Shown: one piece after another, positions 12,218 through 22,814 of the stretch
How the letters are laid out: each line of letters opens with the position of its first letter
How positions within the stretch are numbered: position 1 is the stretch's first letter
Source: Psammoneis japonica
Lineage: Eukaryota
Assembly: GCA_008632985.1 (NCBI GenBank)
Contig: QPGO01000001.1
Span: forward strand, 426,600 to 464,749
Length of the DNA: 38,150 nt
Direction of reading: 5' to 3'
The notes under the pieces: generated by a model
What the model was told of the DNA's origin: nothing
The model's input: only the letters and a program-made list of their open reading frames with translations
The model's database searches: none
Position numbers and translations under genes: made by a program

Positions 12218-13492
12218 ATGGGACATGATGCACGGGGTGTGGGTGGCTCCCGGAGTTCGGCACTGCACGCACAACAGGCCAAATGCACCCAGGCAGCATG
12301 GTGGCATGACGCACAATGACAAGAAATTGCAGAAGGAGCATGTTGAGACTGCAATGGAAAAACTGGGGGACAATGCGTGGCAGCATGCACAGAAGGATGG
12401 TGGGAAAATCCGTCGTCTCAAATCTGTTTGGGAAGAAGTGGGTCAGATGTTTGGCCGGAGGATCAAGTGCAAGACATTCTGTGACTGGTTTCACCACTGC
12501 CTTCAGCATGGTGAGACAAAAGCAGCCACTCACCGTAGAATGAACAGCTGGAAAAGGCATCGGGGAGTGACAACAAGAGCCACATCATTTTCAGAGGCAG
12601 ATGATCAAGCGTTGCTTGACATCATGAGAGAGAAGCCGCATCTCCCTCATGAAATGCAGCTTTCAATGAGATGACGCCGGGGCATGGCATGGCACCCCTC
12701 TGCTGCATGGCATCAATTACACCGATTGGGACACTCTGTTCAAGAATGGTTTTCCGTTCAAGACAAAGATGCGAGGGCAAGTGGGAGAGGTGCTTTTGAC
12801 GGCCAGAGTTGTTTGTAGAAAAACCAGGGATGGCTGTCTTTGTTGACGAGATGGCAAAGAGCGCCAATGTAGCCAGGCGTTTGCATGGCTGGGGAAAATC
12901 TGGCAAAGCACCTGTGGTTGGTGCATGTTTTGAGGAAGATTTTCGCAAGAGGCATGCCATGATTGGTGCGGCAGACATTGACGGTTTTGTGATCAAAGCA
13001 TGCATGTTGGCAGAACATGTGAATGTGGTCCTGATGACAATGACCTGGAACGAGGGACTGTGGACATGGAAAGGTTTGAGAGACACGTTGAAAATGATTT
13101 GGTGCCGGTTCTAGGGAGGCATCATTTTGCAAGCCGTGGTCTGTGGTGCTCATGGACAAGCATCGATGCACATCTCTGACTACGTTCGACAACTGATCAA
13201 AGATGCTGGAGCACAGCCAGTTTGTGCAGCCGCTTGCAGCCCTGATTTGAGTCTGATTGAGTGCCACTTCTTTGTTTGCAAGTCCGGCCTGAGGTGTTTC
13301 ACTTGTGAAGAAGGGATAAATTGGTTGATGGTGCACGAGCTGGCATTGGAAGAGATGATGCCACGAAAAGCCATGAACTGTTTTTGCAAGTGCAGGGTGC
13401 CGGGGTGCGATGAAAATCAGGAAAAGAAGAGGGGGGATGCTGAGGAAGAATTCTTCCTCAGCTGTGCTGGAGCATTCGACACGAATGCTTGA
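12218..13492 (+). pseudogene. Tc1/IS630-like DD34E transposase, frameshifted
   Basis: HTH-like N-terminus, then VFVDEMAK (D1), VVLMD/ASMH across a 1-nt frameshift (D2) and CSPDLSLIE (consensus YSPDLNPIE, E). There are 34 residues between D2 and E once the frameshift is repaired. Confidence 0.9.
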
Positions 13493-13544
13493 GCAGTGTC
13501 ATTTTAGAACAAAAAATCTGCAGCTGCAATCTGTCTGGCTAATC

Positions 13545-13760
13545 CATCTAGAATGTGTGCGGGTGGTCATGCCTGTCATTTTGAAATGCCACCATCCACT
13601 CTTCATCTGCTGGAGTGCGGGATGATCAGATGGTCCATCCAGTCACACGACCAATCTGTCTCCAGCAGAGAACATGTGCGGATGGTCATGATGACAGTTT
13701 TGAAATGCCCCCATTTGCGCTTTGTCTGCTGGAGCATGGAATTGTTGGATGGTGCGTCCA
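13545..13760. repeat. Two diverged direct copies of a roughly 95-bp unit (period about 120 bp)
   Basis: Both contain agaa..tgtgcgg.tggtcatg..ttttgaaatgcc.ccat..tctgctggag..gatggt..tcca. Confidence 0.75.
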
Positions 13761-15861
13761 TGTCTTCAACTGCCAAGTGTAGAAGGATTGATTCTTTTGG
13801 TTTGTTGTTTTCATCTTTTGGTGCCGCGCAAAACAACTCCACAATTGAAAGAGTCTTCAGCCTTCTGCCAACCATGAAAGGATGCTTGTGTTCATCAAAG
13901 AGTTCCAAAGGTGAGTCTGCAACACCTTTTCTTTGTTGTGAACAGACCTGACAATTTCCCTTGACCAACTGCAAACATTGGCATCAGGCAGCCTCCGGTT
14001 GTCGCAGATCACTGTGCAAACAGTTTTTGTTGTTGAGAATGGAACCGAAATGCCCACAGTGCGATCTGATTCCTCATTGGTCACATGGACAAACATTTCA
14101 TCCGGAGCCAGAAAATGTCCACTTTTTGCTTTAGCCAGGGCCATGACAGCTGCAGCTGCATTGACTTGGCCTTCCGCCACCCATGACGTTGCAGTGTGAT
14201 TTGGGCAACCCATTTCCCTGCACCTCGCATGCACCCCATTGAATTGATCCACCATGCCTGCCATCATCTTTGGTCATGCTAGGATGAATCTCTGGAGCCA
14301 CGAGATCAATGCTCGGCCACGCATCTGGCTTTTCTGGGTCCAGCAGCTCGCACGCCTCAAAAATGCACAACTGCCGTTCACCATTGACAGACATCCTGTT
14401 GCTCCAAAACCGTCTACAAACTTTCCAATGTTCCAACGTGAGAGCATGATGAAATGGGTTGCAATCAATGTCGGCACTGACCAGCTTTTTCATGAATTTG
14501 ATGACTTTTCCAGGAGCCTCCGCGTCAAATTCTTGTGTTTCTCCAGTGGTGCGGGGTTTCACTGCTTTCTCAAGAGAGAGCAGTGCTGCAACTCTGTCAT
14601 CCTGGGAGCTGGGAATGGATGGTGCTTCATTGTCATCCCACCACTCATTGGCATTCTTCTTCTTTCCAACAGACAGATGAAGGAAGGAGCATTTTGGATC
14701 CCGTGCCTCAGGCAGTTTGCTGTTTGCCTTGACACGCCTCTGAGCTTCTGAAAACAAATGCTCGGTCAAGTTGACAAGCTTTGCTTGAGCTTTTGAATGA
14801 TCCTCCACAAGCAACAAAGATGACTTCTTCCCCACAAACGCAGCTGGTGCGGTGTTGTGTGCACTGCTCCATTGAACCCTGTTGCCATTTGCCAATGGCT
14901 CTAGAGTGGCAACATGCTGTGCATCTTTCTTGTCTGCAACAACAGGCATTCTGTCCTTGTTCATTGCGGGAGGCAAAAGGTTCAAGGCCAATGACATCTC
15001 GTGGTCTTGCATTCCTCTTTTCCTTGACACTTGCCCCGTGCTTGCTTGGTCTTGAATGTTCCCAACAACACAGATGAGGTCCACAATGATGCTTGACGGG
15101 TCAGACTGACTCTCGACATCAGCCATGTCTCCTTTGTTGTCACATTTCTTGTGCGACATGTGGGTCAATGCATGCATCCAATGCGCCTCCGCAACCACAG
15201 GCGTCACACGGCTTGAGCCGCACTTGCCCAGAGGATCTGCCATCTGGGGGTCAGTTCTGCAGCATGGCTTTGAGTTTGAAGTCTTGTGTGGCATCGACTT
15301 CTTTCCTTTGACGGAAAGGAGTGCACCCAACTCTGACTTGACTTGTTCCATGGTGGAGCCAGTGCCCAGTGATGTGATCGATGCCAAGTCCTGCCCTCTG
15401 TTGGGTCCATTGCAAAAGTTGAATGCGGCAGTGAACTTGGGACTGCCTGTTTTTTGTTCATCATGCAAGCACAACCTAACTGTGACAACTGAATCAACCA
15501 GATCAGCGATGGCACATTCTCTCTCTTCCAAATCTTAAGACATGCTGCCGGAATCTGAACGGGACCTGGGTGTCTTCTTGGAGGACGATGATGACTTTGA
15601 GTTTCTTGACCTAGAAGAGGAGGATGTCTTTGTTGCTTTTTGTCTCTTGGTCCTAGAGAAAGTGCTTGATGTCTGCAGCAGTGCGCCCGCATCGCTGTCT
15701 GATGATGACGAGACATCCATGGCGAGCTTTCATCGTTTGCGGCTGCCACCGCGTTTCTTGCGGATTCTTGCTTGGTCCTTTCTGTTCTCTTCACCCAACT
15801 TGGCTTCCACCGTTGGTTGCCTCTTCCTAGATGAAGTACATTGAGACGTGGATTCCTCCAT
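13603..15861 (-). pseudogene. Second, unidentified ORF of the inverted-arm element (about 750 codons, basic and Ser-rich N-terminus)
   Basis: ORFs 15730-15966, 15535-15720 and 14131-15531 share one frame, broken by single stops. ATG at 15861 (MEESTS) lies just inside the right arm. It probably continues by frameshift into 13857-14267 and 13603-13974. Confidence 0.6.
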
Positions 15862-15873
15862 GGCACCACGTGA

Positions 15874-16504
15874 TGACAAAACCTGCACACGAGGAACGAC
15901 AGAAAAAGGTAAACATGCCATTAGAGCCATGACTGACGGGTGCTGCGGCAACAACACTGACGACACATGACGATTTCACGACGCCTGGATCACCGTTTTG
16001 AAAAATTCAAAGTGACGAATCTCTTTTAAACACAATAAAGAGACGTTCCTTGCCTTGGATATCCCGGAGCGGATCCTCCTTGAAGCAATGACAATGATGC
16101 AACAAAGACAACACACTGCAGCGCCCCCCAAAATGAACAATGAAACGTTTTTTCACGATGCCGATAGAACCGTTGTCCAAGATCCAGCACACAGGCAAGA
16201 TAAACATGATGACAGAGATGCGATTCGGCGTATCTCCGTGAAAGAAAAAGGCTAAATCGAAAGAGCAATCAAATTCTCGGGAACACCCAACGCGAAAATG
16301 CACGAAAAACGCCTACAAGAACGACCTTTCTCGACGAGTTCATTGTGGATTTTAATGAACAAAGCAACAAACACGTTCTTACAATGATTGCCGTTCCGCC
16401 GATGCCTTGTTCGCCAGCGTTTGAAGCCAAAAGCGTCGTCAATGTCAAAACTCGCGAATGAGCGGTTGCGGAGCAGCAAAAAAAAACTTGTGTTTTTCGC
16501 CAAC
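15874..16504 (-). repeat. Right inverted arm (less eroded copy, nearer the host gene)
   Basis: Retains many TA and CG sites that are TG/CA in the left arm. Confidence 0.95.
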
Positions 16505-17342
16505 GCGCAATTCTGACGTCTCGCGCATTTTGCAGTACAAGCAAAACCGGTCTTTCGACGTCTGTCCTTGCAACAGCAAACTGTGTAAAACCACTCTAAG
16601 AGTGGCTTCCCGTTGTTCGACACGCAAACCCCATCTGCTGGCATCGGCCAGAAGGTCAATAGAGATCCTTGTAACAACAGCGGGATGACAGAAGGTTGCA
16701 TCATGGCACAATTGGGGGCTAAAGACGGCACATCGCCATTTTCTAAAAAAAATCCACGGTTTGAGAATTTACACAGATTTTATATCATTCATTATCCTCG
16801 TTGATGTATGTTTTTTAAATTGTCCAATTCTAATGCGTGACAAATGCCGGCATACTAAATGCGAGTAACAAGGCAAAACAACAATGAAGGATAGCTTGTG
16901 GGCCCATGTTATTCGATAAGAGTCTATATTGTGGACTTACCATGCTGCCGTTGCGAGAAATAATGGCTAAGCGATTGACGTCGGATGCAAAAAAAAAACT
17001 GTGTAAATTTCTCGGTACATCGCCACGTAGAATTCTACTGCCGACCGGTCTGTCCTCTTGGAGCGAAAAAAGGCCCTTCTTGCGACAGCAGCAATGGCGT
17101 TCAGAACCGTGAACCTGGCAAATACAGGCATAAGAGCATGTCAATTGACAATGCTAGAAGACATAAGAAGCATTGTACAGTGAAAAACCGATCGATTTTG
17201 GAAACAAAATCGACTTTTACACAGACACCAAAAAGTGGAGGACAGACCGGTTTTTTACTTGTACCAGTAGTCGTTCGCGAGACAAAGAAAAGTTGGTGTG
17301 AAAAAAAAAAAAAACGACTGTCTCTCTAGATTATGCACTCGC

Positions 17343-19142
17343 TCAATCCAATTCAAGAATGACACCACCCGACGCACTGACCGTTACCTCCTTGTTTTGA
17401 TAGTGATCCACGTTTTCTTTCGCAAAACACGGTTGGCCTGTATCAAAGACAACGTACTCCCACAAGCTTTGGTGATCGGTATCAATGACATTGCGCTTAT
17501 TGACCAAGAGACGGATGGGTACGTAGCACTCTCGTGTATTGACGGATCCCACCACAAAGGATGTAAAGCCCGCAAAGGCACCGTGAACGGCATTGTGAGC
17601 AAGCTGTGTGCAATAAACATTGTCTGCCGTGTTGGGAGGGACACCCCGGACCATGTAGCTTGGGTCAATGTATTTAATATAAACCGAGTCACCGTGCTTG
17701 GTTTTCCCGTCCAGTTTGGCATTGAGTTGTGTCTTGAGTTTCTCAGCCAACCAGGGGCCAATGTCATTCAAGAGGGCATTGCCCGAAAGATCTTTTTCTT
17801 CATTCTTCATCATGTCTTGCTCCATTAGTTTTTGTCCGGCACCTTCGGCGACCACCACGACAGCCTTGTCGTTTTGTAGCAAGCGTTCTGCAAGATGATC
17901 CACAATACCGCCCTTTCCGTCTAAATAGAAATCCACTTCTGGGACCAGACACAAATCCACGATGCGACTGCCCAGGGTGGAATGCATGGCGATGAATCCC
18001 GAGTTGCGTCCCATGACCTTGACAATTCCTAGACCCAGCGGAAAGCCTTCTGCTTCGACATGAGCCACATTGATGGCACTTCGTGCGGCTTCTACGGCCG
18101 TTTCAAAGCCAAACGTTCGATCAACTGGACACAGTGCAAGTCAAATAATGAATGTGAGTCACGCACAAAAGTGAAGTAGAAAGCAATACGCAAAGCACAA
18201 AGGTGAAGCGAAAAACAACTAAAAAAAATAGCCACGTACTCAATGGGATATCATTGTCAATTGTCTTGGGAATGACAGCAACGGCTAGGTGGACACCACG
18301 GTTCTTGACTTCTTCTGCAATTTTTGCTGCACCACGCAGGGTTCCATCTCCACCGACGACAAACAAGAGATTAATATTTTGCTCCACCAACGAATCCACA
18401 ATGGCCTTGGTATCGTGTCCTCCACGAGATGATCCCAATATCGATCCGCCCAAGTTGTGAAAATTGGCAACGGTGTTTTCGTCCAAAGAAATCCACAAGG
18501 ATGGATCGAGAAATCCCCGATATCCCTCTTGAATCCCATAAACTTGTTCGACACCGTACTGTCGTACAAGGCACATGGCAACTTCCGTACAACCGTGTTG
18601 AGACCGGGACACAAACCTCCACACGTGACAATGGCCGCTCGACTCGTGTCGGAACAAAAGGCAATCTCTTTTCGGGACCCGCCAAACGAAAGGCGGGAGC
18701 GGCGGCTTGTTCATCAATAATGCAAGTCTGGTGTACATCGACATTGACGCGAGCCGCAACGGCGGCATCCTCCTCGATAAACCATGACTCGGGAATGTTG
18801 TCTTTGAGGGATAGAGGATTTGGATGCATGTGTGGTGCTGTATCAGATGGATCGTAAATCCTATCCACGTCTTCAATCTTCCACAGTGGCACGTCGTAGT
18901 CTTCGTACTCTTCATCAATGGCTTCAGCATCTTGTGTTCTTCGGGGACCACTTATTGGAGGTAAATATCAAGTGACGGTGGCTTTTGACTGTTCGGATAG
19001 ATGGTGGTGCAAGGGCAAATGCAGTTGTCACAAAGGTACGCTGGTTCATGGATAACGCAAGTGCCAATGTGGTAATGAACAACTGCGGCGGCGCCCACTG
19101 TGCTTTCTTATTGGTGCGTAGTATTAGTGTCGAGGAAAACAT
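17343..19142 (-). CDS. PFK: ATP-dependent 6-phosphofructokinase (plant/protist type), possibly plastid-targeted; intron 18125-18239
   Basis: AAIVTCGGLCPGLNTVVR, GGSILGSSRGG, GGDGT (Gly indicates ATP type), PKTIDNDIPL/IDRTFGFETAVE restored by a GT..AG 115-bp intron, MGRNSGFIA, KYIDPSYMVR. Normal Tyr and TpA content. Three 1-nt frameshifts in exon 1. Confidence 0.93.
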
Positions 19143-19691
19143 GATTGCGCAGAATAACTTCTTTTGGTGAGAGCCGACAACTAAAATAGATTCGGATCTC
19201 TGTTCAATGAATGGTGTCTCTTTATTCTTCTCTCTCCGACTACCAACAATACAATCATGTTCATCTGACGAACGTTGAATCGGAAGGAGCAAGGGAAAAG
19301 GGAAAGATGATGTGCGTGCGATGAGTCGGTTTTCTTTTTTCGAAATTTCATTCTATACCTCATCACTGCATAACCCATATAAACAAAGAAATGAGTACTT
19401 CATGTTTGAATAAGGCCGGCTATCCAGCAGTTCCTCTCAGCCAGATAGAAGAAGAAGAGAAAAGGAAAAGGAAGGAAAAAATAAACATTAATGAAGGTTT
19501 GAAAGGGTGCGCTGCAGTGCCGCAGTGCGCACAGCAGTGAAGACGGACGCAGACAGGTGCAGACGCGCTGCGTGGAATTTGGTGCGAAGTGTCATGCGTT
19601 TGCGTGCGCAGAAGGATGTGGATCGCCAACGGCTGGAACAAAGCAGCACACCACACAGCAGTGAGTGCAGCTCTGTCATCACGGTGCTAGA

Positions 19692-20711
19692 ATGGCGGAG
19701 GACAACATCGTTGCATCTGGCAAAGCAGAGGATGCAGCAGCTCCGGAAGTCATGGCAGAACTCACGGGCGCCGAAGGCGCGGCGGCAGCTGCCATGACTG
19801 CACTTGGCGCCGAGGAAAGTGCCGAGGGTGTGTCCATCGAGTCCGAATGCGCAAGGATGTCGGAGAAGCTGGCGCAGTCCCAAACCGAAGAGAGGGAGAA
19901 AGCCGTGCCGCCGGAGCCAACCTTTCAAATTTGTGGTTGGAATGAAGCACAGCAGCTGGGTTGTGCCGCCGAGCAGCTCCTCAAGGCCGGTTGCAAGATC
20001 GAGTTGGTGGGTGATCAGGCCACTTTTGTGAAACCGGAGGTCCTGCCTTTTTGCAGCGGCAAAAGCGAGGAGGCAGCCAAGCCCGTGGCCAAAGTGGTCG
20101 CGAAAGCAACGGCGGAAGAGGAAGAAGAAGGAAAGCAATTTCCGGACCCCAACGATCCGTCATTCGACTTGTGGGACTGGGTGTTGCGGCACGAAAAATC
20201 CGATAAATTCCAGGAGTCCATGTGCCTGATGAAGGATGCGCCAAATGATCCCGACCTCTGGTTCCCCGCACTGGGAGAACTGGGGTGCATCAGGAGCGAC
20301 CCCGAAGCCGTCGCGAATGCTCACGGTGAACACTGCAAGTGGGTGTGGAGGTGCCGCACGGAAGTCGGCGAGAGGGGCATCCCAGACTTGACGCCGAAGA
20401 GCAACAAAGTGTTCAAGACTGTCGTCGAGGCTTTCGAAGCGGGGTGGTCGCTCGCACTGGTCCATCTCGTGAAGAGAGTGAGTGCAGAAGTGTGCACATT
20501 TGGATGAGGCGCCGTGTCACTTCAACCTGCGTTGTTTTGCCTCGAAAAGTCCGTTTGCTCCGAAGGCCCCAAGGAGGTGGAGGTGGGCGAGCTACGCGCA
20601 AAGAAGAAGAGGAAGGCGACGTCGGGTGCCATGAATCGGAAGAAGAAATGGCATCTACTCCCCAAGTCGGGGGGGAGAATCTCTGCGTCTGGCAAAACGT
20701 TTGCCGTGTAG
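19692..20711 (+). CDS. Hypothetical protein (acidic Ala/Glu-rich N-terminus, basic C-terminus), TpA-eroded; probable intron 20478-20549
   Basis: ATG at 19692 with an open frame to 20477. A GTGAGT..AAG 72-bp phase-0 intron removes the stop at 20505 and joins ORF 20514-20711, which has a KKKRK NLS-like patch. No Tyr in the translation. Confidence 0.55.
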
Positions 20712-20821
20712 TGTGCTCTGTAAATTAGCAGCACAGTGTGTTGGTGTTTTTCAGCGAAACTGTGGCATTAGTTGGAAAGGCGTAGCCCCAGTTGTGGTTC
20801 GAAAAATGGGAACGAGGAAGA

Positions 20822-20948
20822 ACAGAAAGTCGGCAAATTTACGCAAATCTGGCAAATTAGCAGGTGCCTGCACAGTCGCCTGAGCACAGAAAGTCAGCAA
20901 ATTTACGCAAATTTAGCAAGTTATTTTGTGCTGTCACAGTCGCCTGAG
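20822..20948. repeat. Two tandem copies of a 64-bp unit between convergent genes
   Basis: acagaaagtc.gcaaatttacgcaaat..cacagtcgcctgag at 20822 and 20886. Confidence 0.9.
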
Positions 20949-22379
20949 AATGGTCTCTTCCTCTAGAGAAAGGGGGATTGAATTGTTGTTCTTGCCCACT
21001 GCAGCACTCTTCAGGTGGAGAGACACGCAGAAGAACTCGTCGTTTGAGTTTGTCCTGCTGGAGATGCAGCGGTGCTTGGTGGGGTCAAAAATGATGACAT
21101 CACCAAGCCGGAGTGCAACGGAGATGCCTTCGGCAGGGAAGCAGAAGTGTGCCACAATCCCGTCATTCATGGTGCAGCTGCCGGGCAGAGGGACTCCCAC
21201 CACGGTGACTGCTGACAGGAAGAAGTCCTGGTCCCGATGGGCATTGAGGAAGACATTGCACCCAGCCACCAGAGAGGAGAAAATGCCATCTGACCGCACC
21301 AGGGATTTCCAGTTGTGAAACTTTTTGACACGAGCGATGCCCTTGAGGATGGCACAGTCCACGCACTCATTGACAAGGTGCTCCATGCGTGAAAGAAGTC
21401 TGGTGAGGTGGTGAGTGTGTTGGTCGGCCATGCCAGGCTGCTTGCAAGAAATTCGAGCGTCCCTCGTGGCAGCCAGGCCAATCATGGAATGCTTGCTCCT
21501 GTCCGTCTCCATGAAGGTAACGCGTTGTTTGCCGCGCACGGTGGACTGGGCGGTGCAGCATTCTAGTGCTTCGAGCGCTCGGTGCTGAGCAACCAGTTCT
21601 GCTGGGTTGGGGGAGCTGAACACCACAGCAGAACGCGGCAGCAGGGTGCAGGTGTTGTCGCAGCGGCAACCGTCCAAGCCAAAGAAAGGCTTCAGATCAA
21701 GCACAGGGTCACAGACGACCAGAGGAGCCAATTCGGCAAAGTCAATGTCAGCAAGACAAGGTGGTGCAGGCTGAGTGCAGTCGCCATTGTAAACTAGAGT
21801 GCGGTCAGCTACGCAGTGTACGGAGAGACTCTCAGTGGTGCACGGTGCGAGTGGAACGAGGCGAGCAATCTTGGATGTTTTCCTGCTGGCACGGCTGCGG
21901 ATTCGCCTGCGGCTGCGGTGGGCCTTACAAAGTGGCGGTTGAGCCCTCAACACGTTCTCGCACATCCTGGCGCGCATTGACGATGCGGTGTTTGCAGAGA
22001 ACGTGTGTGCGAACTTGCCGGCAAATGTTCCGCTGCTTGACACTGTCACTGTCGTCTCAACAGTGCCCAAAGCAGAACTCTGTTGACAGGGACCGGCGGA
22101 CTCCAGGGGAGTGGGGTCAAAACCCAATCGAGAGATGTGTCTGCTTTCCGTTGCCTCAAGAGCACCCAAAGCAAAACTCTGTTGACAGGGACCGGCGGAC
22201 TCCAGGGGAGTGGGGTCGAAACCCAGTCGCGAGAAGCATTTGCTTGTTGTCGGGCCGCGAGCTGCACGTCCCAAACCCCCACACTGTCGAGACCGGCTGT
22301 AACTCGATCGCGACAAGTGCTTGTCGTTGGCAGGATGATGCAGCGAGGCACGAGGTGGTTGCGACATGGTGTGTCTCAA
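20934..22379 (-). CDS. TET/JBP-like 2-oxoglutarate/Fe(II) dioxygenase, TpA-eroded and probably inactive
   Basis: C-terminal half has the DSBH signature NAHRDQD (HxD), then HFCFPAEGISVALRLGDVIIFDPTKHRCISSR (F.FP..G..V.LRPGD...F....H pattern) and CVSLHLK. The N-terminus is low-complexity and the start is uncertain. Confidence 0.65.
   Translation of the reverse strand: MRHTMSQPPRASLHHPANDKHLSRSSYSRSRQCGGLGRAARGPTTSKCFSRLGFDPTPLESAGPCQQSFALGALEATESRHISRLGFDPTPLESAGPCQQSSALGTVETTVTVSSSGTFAGKFAHTFSANTASSMRARMCENVLRAQPPLCKAHRSRRRIRSRASRKTSKIARLVPLAPCTTESLSVHCVADRTLVYNGDCTQPAPPCLADIDFAELAPLVVCDPVLDLKPFFGLDGCRCDNTCTLLPRSAVVFSSPNPAELVAQHRALEALECCTAQSTVRGKQRVTFMETDRSKHSMIGLAATRDARISCKQPGMADQHTHHLTRLLSRMEHLVNECVDCAILKGIARVKKFHNWKSLVRSDGIFSSLVAGCNVFLNAHRDQDFFLSAVTVVGVPLPGSCTMNDGIVAHFCFPAEGISVALRLGDVIIFDPTKHRCISSRTNSNDEFFCVSLHLKSAAVGKNNNSIPLSLEEETILRRL
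22066..22233. repeat. Direct repeat with 99-bp period encoding SRLGFDPTPLESAGPCQQS twice in the dioxygenase ORF
   Basis: cccaaagca.aactctgttgacagggaccggcggactccaggggagtggggtc at 22066 and 22165. Confidence 0.9.
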
Positions 22380-22814
22380 TTTGAAATGTGTTTCAAAATG
22401 TGATGACGGAAGTGTTGTCGCGTTGTTTTTGTCTCCGCGGAGGGAGGATCATCCCACGGCAATCTCAGCACGAGTTCTCGTGTAGAAGTGCGTTGCGTGC
22501 CGTGCCAGCTCGTGCGTTTGAATTGCACGGACACACAAGTGCGGCAACGATGAGAAGCAGGCTGAGATTCAAAACAAATTTTACCGCCTGAAGGCGTCTT
22601 GTCATTTCAACGCGTCTGCATGTCTGTTTAAAATGACTTTGTACGTCGCTCCATGCGCAGGCAGAGGCAGCACGCCGCGTTTGAAAATTTCGCGCATGCA
22701 GAGGGCGCGACGGCAATTTTACGCATTCTGCGCACGTCACAGTTTGGTTTGGAAACGCGACGTCTGGTCGAACCCGCTGCAAGCAAGGTTGATGTTGCCA
22801 CAAGGTTGGATGCG

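Larger units (their letters stand above)
11494..16504. mobile_element. Putative 5-kb Tc1/IS630-like DNA transposon with about 630-bp inverted arms and two convergent ORFs
   Basis: Arms 11494-12119 and 15874-16504 are reverse complements enclosing a DD34E transposase (+) and a second long ORF (-). True termini and TSD were not identified. Confidence 0.7.

Noticed and set aside
1..16500. Dozens of overlapping Cys/His-rich ORFs in all six frames that look like metal-binding proteins
   Set aside because: A by-product of TpA loss: TAA/TAG stops vanish and TGY/CAY codons accumulate, so spurious ORFs lengthen. Only frames with family motifs were accepted.
17298..17828. 176-aa plus-strand ORF and other ORFs overlapping PFK
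   Set aside because: Antisense or off-frame shadows of the PFK coding sequence.
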